From: Chlorokybus atmophyticus | Lineage: Eukaryota > Plantae > Mesostigma and Chlorokybus algae | Length of the DNA: 64,000 bases | Direction: 5' to 3' | NCBI GenBank assembly: GCA_009103225.1 | Contig: RHPI01002069.1 | Location: forward strand, 397,378 to 461,377 | Shown here: one piece after another, positions 19,567-33,789 of the stretch | Position numbering within the stretch: position 1 is the stretch's first letter | Layout: each line of letters opens with the position of its first letter | Made by a program: the position numbers and the translations under genes | Notes under the pieces: model-generated | The model's database searches: none | What the model was told of the DNA's origin: nothing | The model's input: the letters and a program-made list of their open reading frames with translations, nothing else

Positions 19567-20834
19567 CAGGCAGCCCGTAGTCACACAGAATCCGCTTCAT
19601 GTCACCCACCCCCTCAGAGATGCAGCAGGCCAACCGCGCTGTCGGTGCTACAGTGGCTGACGGTGGGCCTGCTCGGACACTGCTGAACCTCAAGGTAGCG
19701 GCAAGAGGCAAGTACGGATAGCATCCCTTGCAAAACTGCATGTCCTTACGAGCTGTCTCTGCATGCCTTTGTTAATAGCAGTGTCAATACTATCGCAGTT
19801 GCCAAGTTAATATGCATACACGCAGTGTATGCATCTGTTACCACTGGTATGCACACCCCCAATCATAACCCTGCTTCATAGCACTTACTGTGCATGCAAG
19901 GTGCGCGTGCAAGATGTATGTGCCATGTTTAATGCCAAACCCTGCCACCGTTGCAGCGGCGCAGCCCTGCTAGTGCATGCAAGCTCTCCTAGGCTCCAAC
20001 CCACCACAGAATAAGATGCACACACACACGTTTGCACACACACACGCACACAAGCACACACCCACACAGGTGCACACACATGCACAAGGATACACATAAT
20101 TATGCCGCTACACACATACAACCATGCGCCATGCTCAGTTACTTACCAAGGGCGGTGGCGTGGGCGGTGATCGCGATGAGGGCGGCATGTGCGCCGGCGT
20201 CTTTACTCTCTCCCAGGTTGCTGCGAGAATATTCTGCCTGCGGTGGTTGGCAACCTTGCTAGGCCTAAGGCAGCCACACACTGCAGCAACATGGGCTGCA
20301 AGCTATTGTGGCTATGGCGGCCGGACTTATAGCTGCGTGGCGGCAACCTAAACCTTAACACAACACATTACCACAGGCACAAGCCTGTCAAAACGCCGCC
20401 ACACCGTTTCAATAGGCTGAAAGGCAGCCATTTTGGCCTGTGCGAAATTACGCAAACAACCTTTTCGACAGGCTTTCACATTGTTTAGCCTTTGGCAGGC
20501 TGGTGTGAGGCTATACTATAGCTAAAATTATGCCGATTAGCTTGTCAGACAGTAGATTCCACAGCCTTTCCACCACCTATCACACGCCAGCAACAGACAA
20601 TCGCAGCCATGGGGAAAATGTATCCTTAATTAGGTGTCCGTATTGGGCACTTTACCCTAGCAGGTAACAAAAGTACTATCTTTACTACTAGGTAGGTAGT
20701 CTACCGAATAGTGATGTATCACCTGTCATTGGGGTGAATTCATTGTTTACAGGTTTTAAACATGACCTTTTCCCATTGATGACGAGCTAGGGTTAGGGTT
20801 GTGGAAGACAACAGCTGGGGCAGGAGCGGCGGTG

Positions 20835-23391
20835 ATGGCGGCGGGAGCGCTGGCCCGCTCCGGCAGGGGGCTGGCTGTGCGGGCAGCGTCCGCCCTGCAG
20901 TCTCGCATCACAGCCTGCGGAGCAACACCCTCCGCCGCCGGCGCTAGGAGGGCCACGACACAGGTACAGAGCCAGCTCACGCTGCAGGAGGAGGGCAACC
21001 CCTTCCTCAAGTACACCTCCCCAGTGCCCCAGCCGTTCAGGTTTTCTGCCGCCGCACCCGCTACCCGCGTTACCGTCCTCCCCTCGGGCCTCCGCATCGC
21101 CACTGAGGCCATACCCTTCTCTGAGACTGCTACTGTTGGGGTTTGGATTGACGCCGGCTCCCGCTATGAGGTGCGCACTGCTGCTCTCGTGCGTTCACTG
21201 TGTACGTGTGTGAGCACAATGCCTTCATGCTGAACGTTATTTGGCATGTTGTGATCTGCAATTCTGATGTGGTAGACGGACAAGACAAATGGCACGGCGC
21301 ATTTCCTCGAGCACATGGCTTTCAAGGGCACTGCCCGGAGGTCCACGCGGACACTGGAGGAAGAGGTATTGCCTAAGTTGCAGCACATTAGTGTGTAGAT
21401 CGCTTGTATAATTGATTAGGTCCGTAGAACGCTGCGCATGTACCATTAGCACAGTTTGCATGCAGGGGTTGCATGTTACTCTGTTGGGCTGCATTGCCAA
21501 CAGCGAGTGTTGATTCTTGTGCAGATTGAGAACATGGGAGGACACTTGAATGCATACACGTCCAGGGAGCAGACCACGTATTATGCGAAGGTCTTGAAGA
21601 AGAACGTTCCGGCTGCTGTGGATATTTTGTCAGATATTTTGCAGAACTCCACCTTGGATGACAGGGCGGTAGCCAATGAGCGCTCCGTTATCCTGCGTGA
21701 GATGGAAGAGGTAGCCAACATTAACGCATTCTTATAGGGATCTTGACATGCTGCAATATTGCTTAGTAAAAATGTAACACAAACGTACTATAACCGGTAC
21801 GTAATCATGGCATGTGACATGCTTATCATCATTACTGGGTGCAGGTTGAGGGACAGACTGATGAGGTTCTGTTCGACCATCTGCATGCAACCGCCTTCCA
21901 GTACAGTCCGTTGGGCCGCACAATCTTGGGGCCTGCTGACAACATTAGGGCAATCACTCGCGGTGATCTTGCAGATTACATTGCAACCCACTACACAGCT
22001 CCACGCATGGTACGCAAAAGTTGCAGGTTGATCAGTCTATTGCTTGAATGCATGTGTGTTCGCATGCGCAGATGTCTGACCTCTACTATGCAGGTAGTGG
22101 CAGCATCCGGTGCTGTTGATCATGACGAGCTTGTTGGATTAGTTGAGAAGGCGTTTAACAAGCTGCCAACTGACCCCACCACGGCATCAGATCTTGTCAG
22201 GAAGAGCCCTGCATTCTTTACTGGCTCTGAGGTAAGTTCTGGGCTGAATGTGCTTGTCATGTTGCCACAAGTAGTGGTGTTGAAGTGTGCGTGACACATG
22301 ATGCTCAGGTGCGGATACGGGACGATGACATGCCGCAACTGCATTTTGCTATTGCGGTGAAGGGCGCTGCGTGGACGGACCCGGATTCTGTGCCCCTGAT
22401 GGTCATGCAGACAATGCTGGGTGCTTGGGACAAGAATGCGAGTGGGGGCAAGAATATGGGGTGAGTTGTACAACCTTGTCATGCACTCGCACAAGGGTGC
22501 AGGGGTGTGAGTTGTGGTCATGCTTATTGAGCTGGCAACCTTGCAATGCTTTGACACACTGGCTGTAGATCTGAGCTTGCACAAAAGATTGCCAGCAACC
22601 AGTTGGCCAACAGCTACACAGCATTCAGCACCAACTACACCGACACCGGTCTGTTTGGCGTGTACGCTATCTGTGAGGTAAGTCCTTGGCTGTGTGCAGC
22701 GCAATCCAAAGGTGTGCCTGCCATCTCATGCATTCTTGCCTTCAACGGAGCAGAAGGATGTTGCACAAGACTGCGCCTGGTCGATTATGAGGGAAATGTC
22801 TCGCATGATCTACCGTCCTAACCCAGAGGAGGTGACACGTGCGTGCAACCAGGTAATACAGTGTTGGCACATGCATCTCTACAACCACTTGGTGTCCATT
22901 GAGTGTATTGACATGGTCGCCTTGCTTGCAGCTCAAGGCTACGCTCCTTTTACATCTGGATGGCACAAGCCCAATTACAGAGGACATCGGGCGGCAGGTG
23001 TGCAATCGTGTGTGCCTTTATCAATGCTTGGGCCGCCATGCAGTGTGTGCTTCTTGTGCATCCAATTGTATTTTATGTCTTACACTTGCATGTGACTGAA
23101 TGACTGCAAACCGCCAGATGCTCACTTACGGCCGAAGAGTTCCACTGGCTGAACTCTTTGCCCGCATTGATGCTGTGGACACGGAAACTGTGAAGGCGGT
23201 TGCAGAGCGCTTCATCTACGACAAGGTGCGCTTGTGTGTGTTATGACCTGCAATGTAATGGTGTTGCCTCTTGTCACCTGCTCAACATGTCGGTGTGGTG
23301 GCAGGAACTGGCGGTTGCGGCTATTGGACCCGTGCAGGAGTTGCCTGACTACAACTGGCTGCGGCGGCGGACGTACTGGCTATCATACTAG
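20835..23391 (+). CDS. MPPB: Mitochondrial processing peptidase beta subunit (M16), ~11 exons
   Basis: Presequence-like N-terminus; [13 protein letters not shown]; [13 protein letters not shown] (HxxEH); [13 protein letters not shown]; [12 protein letters not shown]; DTGLFGVY; ends [18 protein letters not shown]. Confidence 0.95.
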
Positions 23392-23932
23392 TGATGCGGT
23401 CTTCAATGACTGGTGTATTCGTATGCTTAACATGGATGAGCTGGTGTTGGCCAGGGCAGTCAACTTGGTCAGTTGCAACAGTCCAACAACTGGAGTAGTT
23501 GTTGACCTTGTGACTGTTCGTTCAGAGCCTTTGCAGGTAGGCTTGATGTCAGCTGGTGGGAGAGGTTTGGTTTGCATATGTCACTATGCTGGCTGTCGCA
23601 GTATTACGTCCTTGGGCCTCGACAATCCGCACTGAACTGTATTAGCACTGCAACGCATTGGTTTGCAGCTGTATTGGGTATTGTTTACTGTTCTTCGTAC
23701 ACCTGTATCGTCTGTTTTGCTTGTTGACGTCGTGTGGCCGCACTTTGTTGTAGCAAGTGAGAATTTTCCTGCAGTTGCTCAAGCAGGCTCTGCTTGCAAT
23801 CATGAAGGCCTATGCACTGCCTTGTCATGGTCTTTGCCTATGCGATCAGCAATGGATACTACCGTCAGCGGCTTGATTTGTTGCGTAACCAATGCCACTT
23901 TGGTGGTTGCTGCTTGTCAGGTGGTGATGAAG

Positions 23933-26900
23933 CTAGAGCTCATAGATGACCTGCAAACCGGCAATGCCAGTGCTGCTTGCACCATCACAGCCCAGTGCCA
24001 TGCTTCTCAACCGTACATGCTCTACCGCTTGAGGGAAGGCCAAACAACGTGCATTGGCTGTGACAGAGTGCACTACTTGAAGGCAACACAGCTCATGCCG
24101 ATCAATCTGTTCTGTGACCTTTCCACTCATCAATAAGCACTTGGTGCTTGGACTTTCCTCTCCACTGTATCTCGTACAGCTGGCAGTCGTCAATGGGAAG
24201 ACCATTGTCAACCTGCAGGACATGACCCAGTTGAGCCATATGTGCTGACAGCATACATTTTACATGAACAAGCACTTGCTATGCAATCGCAGGTGCAACT
24301 TCAATCCCACTTACCTCAAGACTGAATGTGACGCGGCAGGCGAAGCATATGGACTTGAGTCGCCGTTTGTTGTCCTCCTTTACATACTCAGCGAGCGCTT
24401 TGCCGAAACGCACCATCAACCTAGGCCACTGACTGCTAGGGACACCCTGTTCCTTTCTTCGCTCAGGGTATTCCGGATCAGCCTGAACACATTGCGCACA
24501 GGGCACATTCAATTACATGACGCATTGGTGTGAACGCACGGCAACTAGATGTCGCATGTCAAAACCGGATTGACAGACCAGACTGGGGTTGAACAGGAAG
24601 TCAACAGTTTGTATCTTGCAAACGACAATCAACAACGGATGCAAGCCTAGCATAACCCAACCACTGCTAACCTGCCAGCGCCGAATGGCACGCTCGAGAC
24701 GGGCCAGTATAGAGTCGAAAGATGGCAACCGCCCGCTGCCGCCACATGTGTGGCAGACATGAGAGTTGGACGAAGTGATGGAAGGCCGTACTCGATGCCG
24801 AGTGATCTCCATCAGGCCAAACTCGCTAATGGCCGTGAAGCGCGGCCTTGAACGATCTCGTGCTGTTGCTCGGCGAAATTCATCTTCAACTTTCTGCACA
24901 GTCAAAACTTGAACATGTGCGCATTCAGCCAGCGCAGTGTGCGTATGGATGGTGTAGTGCTGTTTACTGATTGCAATTGCATGACACAGGACAGCATGCA
25001 CATAGATACACACGGAAATCCTGCATGCATTCTGCACACGGTGTGCTGCAAGCTTCGCAGTGGAATAGAGTCTGCTTCAGGCGCAGAGTGTTACCTTGCG
25101 ATCATCCATGGATATCATCTTGATAAAGTCGATCACAATGATACCCCCAATGTCCCGCAATCGCATCTCAAGCGCTATCTGCTTTGCTGCCTCCAAGTTG
25201 ACTGCCAGAACAGCGTCCTCCATGCTGCCATCCGTCTTCTTGATGACATCTCTGCCACCATTGACGTCTACAGCGACAAGCGCCTCCGTCTGCTGGATCA
25301 CCAAGTAGCCGCCACCTGCACGATAATGGGAAAATGTTGGAGCCATGGGTACACTGGTGACAGCATTGTTCTGGCTTATTTGCCCTAATTCCGCTGCGCA
25401 CCTGGCAAGTCCACACGGCTGGACTCAATGCTTTCAAGTTTCCTTTCAATGTTGAACGCATCAAAGATGGGTTTTGTTTCCTTGTACAACTCCACCCTGT
25501 CCATCATATGTTGAGCTGTTTGAGTCAGATAATGGGTGATCTGCATGTACTCGTGCCGACTGTCCACAACTAGGCGAGAAACCTGCAGCACATATTGCAT
25601 GTCAGAAAGTGTCCTATACGTAATTTCATACAAACGGTGACACTTGCTGTGGCAATATCTGACCTTGTCGTTGAAAAAGTCCCGCACAATTGAGCCAGTG
25701 AGACTCATCGCCTTGTGAAGCAATGCTGGCGGAGTAACTTCAGCTGCACGCTCCACCACTTCCTTCCAGGTTTCAAGCAGGCCCTCCAAGTCCTTCAGCA
25801 ACTCTGTCTGCGTGCAACCGACCGCTTCCGTGCGAACAACTATGCCATAGCCGTCCGGACGCATCCCTTCCACAAGGGTGCGTAACCGCGTGCGCTCAGC
25901 GCCAGCAACCTATCAAGTCAGTCATCAGATCGGCGCTACATAGCAGTGTCATGCGGCAGCTGATGTACGCAACATACCTGCCGTGAGATGCCAATAGAGC
26001 TGAGGCCCGGAAACAAAACCAGAAAGCGTCCTGCAAGAGACGGCCCTGCGGTAACGCGTGCGCCTTTGTAACCTATGGGCTCCTTCTTCACTTGCACAAC
26101 CACAGGCTGCCCCACAGCAAACTGCTCCCATGACCACTCCTCCTCTGGAACACGCAACCCTGCCTCTACACCCACTGCGGGTTGAACGTCGGAATCAGCA
26201 GTGTTGCCCTGCATATCATTGATGCTCATTAGCGAGACACCGTGAAGCCACACGCACTCCTCCATATTAGAATGGAGCTCGCGAGGTGCATGTGAAGCTG
26301 GGAGGAGGTAATCAAAGATAAGCATAATCAAGGTAAGCACCTGTGTGGTGTCCTTCTGCGGCGGGACAGGACCAACAAACGGGGACTCAAGACCAGAGTC
26401 CAGAAGCGCATTGCGAGATCCGCCAATGTTGACAAAAACGGCTTTCATAGCCGGCAACACTTGCACAACCTCGCCCAGGTAGATGTCGCCAACGCAAAGC
26501 TGGCCTTCGGCGGCTTCCTGAAACAGCTCCACGGGTACACCATCCTCGATGAAAGCAACGCGGGTCCAAACAGTACTGGAAGCGTTGATAATAATCTCTA
26601 TGGTCTTTTCATCGGTCGGGTCCATGGGCTCACACACCCTGGCTGCCTCATGGCGCCTCTCCTGCATCGAGTCTTTGGACCTTATCACGGGTCGTACCCT
26701 GACCACTGTTGGTCCATGTTTTCGAGGTATCAATCTTGGGCTTGACTCAGAAGCATCTTCAACTTCTTGCTCTTCATCGGTTTCCGTCCAATCGAAGTCA
26801 AGCACAGGCAGTGGCTGGCGTTCATACTCAAAGTCGTCATCATCCTGTTCCTCGCCTTCTTTTGCCACAGTTGTACCGTTGCCGTCGGGTCCCTTGCCAT

Positions 26901-27834
26901 CATCACTTGCAGAGACAGCCACTGCTTCGCCACTGACTTCATCGCTGCCGTTAACAAGAAAAGAGAGTGACTGCTGTTGTGGTAGAGTTCCAGAACCGAC
27001 ACTCTCAGCCGCTTCTCCCAAACTAGCGGTGCTTAGCTGTGCACCAATGTCGGTTTCATCAAACAGGCCAGGGATGTCTACTGTTGGCAGTGGGGTACCA
27101 ACAGCTGGCGAGCCCTCCAGATCATTGTCATCATCAAGATCCACGGTGCTTTGGCGTCTGCCGGCACTGCTTTGACCAGCTGCGGATTCACCATTACCGG
27201 TATCGGTGCGCCAGGATTGCCGCCTTGGACTGCGTGCATTGCTGATGGTGTAGCGGTTTGGCATGACGCTTTCGAGTTCATCATGCTTGTAGAATGCATA
27301 TTTGTCTACCGGGATCTCCAGACTCCTGTTGCCCGAGTGGTGCCAGATAGCGCCGCGGCCGTTCTGGATTGGCCCGTTTGCAATGAGGTAGCGGTACGTG
27401 ATCGGCTCTCCAGCTGGCACCACAACATCTGCAGCATAGATGTGCCCACCATACTCTGTCATGCGCACTGCCTGTCCAAGCTGCCAGCTGCCGAGCGAGT
27501 GGGGTGAACCTCCAACATACAGCACCTGGCCTTCCTCCAGCTCAATCTTTGCGGTCAACCGCAATGGCACCTGCTTGGCATCATGCACTTGGTCCTGTTG
27601 TCTTTTGCTGCTTCTTCGCACATCGCGGCTGCCATTGCCATCCTCAAATCCAATCGTACACACTGCAAATCGCCTGTACTTCGCGCTTGCATGTTTGGGC
27701 CGTGCAGGTGTTCCCAGCCAATCTGGCTGCTGGTTGGAAGATGCAGAGCGCAAGCATGCAGCATCCCGCTGCCCAATCAAGGGTGTTCTAGCCAGCAATG
27801 CTGCCACTGCGCTGCTTGCAGAAACTGAAACCAT
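23933..27834 (-). CDS. RNE: Plastid RNase E/G with N-terminal CBM20-like domain, multi-exon (ends approximate)
   Basis: VGDIYLGEVVQVLPAMKAVFVNIG (S1); QVKKEPIGYKGARVT; GGGYLVIQQTEALVAVDVNGG; LRDIGGIIVIDFIKM; SEFGLMEITRHRVRPS; CHTCGGSG Zn-link; CBM20-like LYVGGS...LGSW. Confidence 0.92.
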
Positions 27835-29446
27835 ACTGCAACAATAGCAAGCAATGCTGTCAGCATGCCTGAAATGCTCATCCTCGATAGTAGTCAGATA
27901 GGCCTCAATGCATGTGCTGACCTTGTGTGGTAGCAACGGCATTCCGTTAGTTGTCACTGTCATCGACACCTCATCTATCTCGCTCTCTGGTTACCAAAGC
28001 TTTCGAGCTGTTGCACGTAGGAGATCACTTAGCATCAGCCACCGTGAGCAGCTTGGCTCACCAAACAGGGCAGACAATGCAGGCTGCGAAGTGAGTATGA
28101 ATATAGCGACGTCACAGCATGCATGCACAACGTGTAGCCTATTGTCAGTAAACAAGCGTTGCAATGGATTTAGGACTGTAACCGGCTTGTTGCTATGCAA
28201 TTGCCGTGGCTGGCGTGGGCAAAGCAGTGTTTACACCAGATGATATGAGCGCAACTGCCTTACGCTGTAGCTCAAAAGACGCAGTGCTGGTAACAGAGGA
28301 CTGAAGCCAATGACAGCTCAGCTGGCTGCATCTGCGAAAATGCAACACGATTCAAGCTTGCCTCCATTTTGACACGACGATTCTTGCCACTTCACAAGTC
28401 GCGCTCAGCTCCAGGGCTCCGTCCTTATCAGCGCATGCACAGGTACACCACGATGGATTGCGCGCCTGACCACCACCACCACGATCTCCTCACCAACGCC
28501 GCCGCCTTCACCGTATGCCCTGTTTGAATGCACAAAGCAGCAGCGTCCGGCAACCCTAATGCATGTGCGGCTTGTGCGGTTTGTTGCACATTCCGCCGCA
28601 CATTCCGTACCGCGTGCGCCACGTGGCAATCTCATTGTTCGGCGACGGCGACGGTGGCGGCGGTGGCGGTGGCGGTGGCGGTGCGGGTGGTAACGGTGCG
28701 AGTCGGTGGGCTTTGTGCGGGTGAGCTTAAGACCACTTGCTCGCTTGGGTTTGGCAAGGTGCTGTGTTGTTTGGAGCATGCTTAGAGGACTGATTGTGTA
28801 ATTTGAACTGGTCGGGTGTTACTGTTACCATGCATGCGATGCACTTTGAGCCTTACTGAGCATTTTGCGGCATGGTGCAACTGTGCTATCGTTCGTGTCA
28901 AGGGCTGAAACGCCGTCCATGGCAAACAACACGCGGTGACGGCTGGCTCATGGCCTGCATTGCTGGCGTTGACTAAAAAGCACGGGCTACCCCCCAACCT
29001 AGCCGTTCTGGAGTTGTGTTGTAGTAAGTTCGAAAGCTTGGTTGTTCTTTAAGTAAGGAGGATGTAACCAGCCCTGGAGTTGATGTGCGTATTCATGTGT
29101 CACGCAGGTCGTCTGTCCTGATCCCCTTTTTCTTCCTTCCTCCGCCCATGCCATTCGTTGTGCCCAACCCCAACAGCTGCGTGACGGCGGTGGCGACGTC
29201 ACCCAGCGTGATAGGCGACTCCGCCAGCGACGGCGGCGGTGGGCCAGTCGCTGCAGAAGTCGAGGCGCTTGCGCAGCGCCTGGCAGCTGTCACTCGCACA
29301 GCCAACGTAGCGGTAAGAAGCTGAGCAGATGTTTGTTCACTCTGTGCTTGCTAGCTTCTGAGCTTATAGCTTGGTTTCAAGACGACAAACAGTTGGTGGT
29401 CATAACTTGCCTGATGTGAGGGTGTCATGAGTTAAGTGGTTTAATC

Positions 29447-30181
29447 TTGCCAACGAGACCTTCGGCAACCACCAGCTCGTCGTTTACGTTTTGTCAACAT
29501 GGCCAGGAGCTGGCGACGCTCTGTGAATGTGTGGATAGGATACGTGAGCAGCGTGAGGTGTCCCTAAAAACACGTCTGATTGATTCGGAAGCACGACGAG
29601 ACCGTGCTGAGCAGGTAAAGCAGAGGTCATGTGGAGTGTTTGCCCACCGGTTTCTTGACGACCATGTGCACGGGCATTTTCAACAGCTAAGTCTGGATGG
29701 CTACGTTCAACTGCTGAGATGCGTGCAGGCAGAAAAGCAGCTATCACGCGAGTTGGAGTTGCGCGATACCGAGAAGCGGGTACAGGCAGATCATGAGCTG
29801 CGAGCGCGAGCTATGCGCGCGGAGCAAAGGCTTGAGATGGAACAGCAGCTTCGCTCGGAGGACCTGGAGCTGATGATGAGACGTGTGGAGGATGCAGAGC
29901 GTAACCTGCAACAGGAGAGGGGACTGAGGATTCGCGCTGAGACCTCTGAGAAACGAGAGCTATTGAACCGCCTGGAGCGTGCAGAGCGCATACACAGCCC
30001 AATCGGTGATGGCTTTCAGTTTGATCATGAAGCCCGAGGACCTGGCAGTGATGGTGCCCCTGAAACTAACAGAGGCCATCGCTCCTCCCGACATCAAGAT
30101 CCACATGCCGCTACTATACCCGCACAGGGGCAATACTTCCAGGGTAAGTCTAAAGCTGGCCAGGAATCCCATTCATCGTAA
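29447..30181 (+). CDS. Unknown coiled-coil protein (probably spliced)
   Basis: R/E-rich heptad ORF with an apparent GT-AG intron (~29614-29730). No homolog recognised. Confidence 0.35.
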   Translation: MPTRPSATTSSSFTFCQHGQELATLCECVDRIREQREVSLKTRLIDSEARRDRAEQVKQRSCGVFAHRFLDDHVHGHFQQLSLDGYVQLLRCVQAEKQLSRELELRDTEKRVQADHELRARAMRAEQRLEMEQQLRSEDLELMMRRVEDAERNLQQERGLRIRAETSEKRELLNRLERAERIHSPIGDGFQFDHEARGPGSDGAPETNRGHRSSRHQDPHAATIPAQGQYFQGKSKAGQESHSS

Positions 30182-30607
30182 GGCTTCAAGGTAGCTACTA
30201 ACACACACGCACACATGCACTATAGGACAAGTAAGCTTCCCTCTGCACTTTCTGCTGTGTACACTATTGTACCATAGATGTTGGCAATGCGTTGCCAGTG
30301 TCAGTATCCGGCAATTTCCAGCGCACTGTACAATGCAAGTGTACTTGACCCGGCGTGCGGTTGGCTGTCAGTGTTGCCTTCAGCAATATTTGTGCAACTT
30401 GGCCTTTGGCGTAGCTGATGTCAATATGTGCAAAAGTGCGATAACAGTTGGCACCCCAGGTAATTTCCATGGCATGTCCAGTGTGTCCACTGACTGCAGC
30501 GTCGTATCCTCGCATTAAGTGGTTGCGGCATGCAGTATCAAAAGAGCAGTCCTTGAGCGAAAACACAACCAGCTACATAGACACACCCAGATGTTGGTTG
30601 TGCGCTG

Positions 30608-31751
<1,144 letters not shown>

Positions 31752-32321
31752 AATGCCACCTACAACCAAAACCTTTTGCACTAGCAGCCACTACCTGTGC
31801 CACCGCCGCTGTCGCCGCCGCCGCCAAATGCCAACGGCCACACTTGCTTTTGGCGTTTTTTCATGCACTGGACTTCAAACCCTAATCCACAAAAAGTTGA
31901 TATCCGAACTAGAGGTAACGTATTATACACACGGTAGCTATTGATTGCGAACCTGCTTATGTAGCTCAGCCCTCACGCACGTGCGTGCGTTTTGGCGCGT
32001 ACGGTAGGGGCAAGGGGGGCTGTACGGCACCTGCTGATGCTGATGGCCACAAATGCGCAAGTGGCAAGCATAGGAGGAGGCGGCGGCCGTGGCGTGGTGG
32101 GTGGCGTCGGAGAGGCTCTGGGCTTTGCGATGTATACAGTCTGTTGCTGGAGCGGGAGGGTGTTGTAATACAAAACTTGCGGTGGTGGCAATGGGCCCGA
32201 GATTGTCAGCTGTTAGGTGAAGTAAAGGCTAGGGTTGGACGCACGAGCAGCACCACAGCGAGGACAAGGAGGAGAAGGACGGACGAGGACGAGGACCAGC
32301 GTGAGTGCGGTGACGCAGTAG

Positions 32322-33789
32322 ATGTCAGCTCAGCTGCAGACGCCATCGCTTCAGAGTGCGCCGGGAGGCCACCAGCAGCAGCAGCAGCAGCCGCCACAGC
32401 AACAGGGGGCGGGGCCCGCCCCATCGCCGTCCGGGGCTGGGCCAGCGTTGCCGTCCACAGTGCGGCCTGCCTCCAACCCACATCACGCTCCGCAACTCGT
32501 GCCGTACATGCCGATGCCTCCTACATCGATGCCACCGCAAGGTGTTTGTTTAACATGTGGTTTGTCGGCAAGAAGTGGACAGGCTGGTGTCAAGGGAAGA
32601 AGCAGTTGTAACTTGCAGTTCAAGTTGATTGCGTGCATAAATCTACGCGCTTGACTCACAGCTGGACAATTCTTTCTCAGCAACCTCACTGGTTTTTTTG
32701 GACAGGCCCGCAGAGCCAGATCATCTGCAACGGTTGCCGAACATTGTTGGTGTATCCGCAGGGGGCCTCAAACGTACGGTGTGCGTTATGCAACTCCATC
32801 ACAGCAGTCCCACCCTCAGGTGCGTGTTGTGTTAGGGGTTGTTGTTGTGGTTGCGCTGCGTGCAATTTGCAGCGTGTTACAGGAGAGCGTCACTGTAGGG
32901 AGCTTCTGTGTGACTTTGCAGAGACTGATTTGACAAAGCAGGCACGGACATGGCCCAGTTGGTTTGTGGAGGCTGCAGGACTTTGCTCATGTACATGCGC
33001 GGTGCTACCAGCGTACAGTGTTCCTGTTGTAACACAGTAAACATCGCGATGCATGGTGAGCATGCGGTGCATGCTTGAGTTTCCAAGTGCTTCCTGCCTG
33101 TCTTGCATGTGTCTATGGGAGTGAGTTTTGGCCAACGCAGTGGGACACTGACTTGGTTGCTCTCTGCTGTGCAGCAAACCAAATAGCACATATAAACTGC
33201 GGCGGCTGTGGAATGACGCTGATGTATGCCTATGGCGCGCAGAGTGTTAAATGTGCTGTCTGTAATTCTATTACCCATGTCACAGTAAGCAGCAACATTT
33301 GATTTTCACTAGCAATGCGTACCAATATCACAAATGAGGTGCCTCATAGAACCGTTTGTCCTCTCTTGTTGCCTGACTGTGTACCATTGCAGGCACCTGT
33401 ACCTCCACGCATGCCAATGCACGGACAAACCATGGCCGTCATGCCACAACAGCAACAGCAACAACAGCAGCAACAGCCCGCACCACCGCAGGTCAGTGGG
33501 TTGCTAAGCAACGCGGCTTCTTTGTATTATGATGGTGCACTGCATAATCTCTCCTGGAGCTCAAAATGGGGTTAACAGCAGACGCTACGCCCACAGCAGC
33601 AGACTGTTGTCGTGGAGAATCCGCCAACTGTTGGCGACGATGGCAAGATGGTACTTTGCCTTTTCAGGGTGTGTGCCTGTACCTGGCGCTGCTGGTGAGA
33701 CTGTTAAACTTTTCTGTGCTCAGGTTCGCACAATGGCTGTTGGCATCACTTCCGACAAGCCTGGTGAGAAACCTGTAGGGGCACCCTAG
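32322..33789 (+). CDS. LSD1: LSD1-type zinc-finger protein (three zf-LSD1), multi-exon
   Basis: [24 protein letters not shown]; [24 protein letters not shown]; [24 protein letters not shown]; C-terminal QTVVVENP...MAVGIT. Confidence 0.93.

Noticed and set aside
28405-29324. GC-rich ORFs upstream of RNase E
   Set aside because: Low-complexity GGC/GGT repeats with no recognisable motif; probably UTR or promoter sequence.
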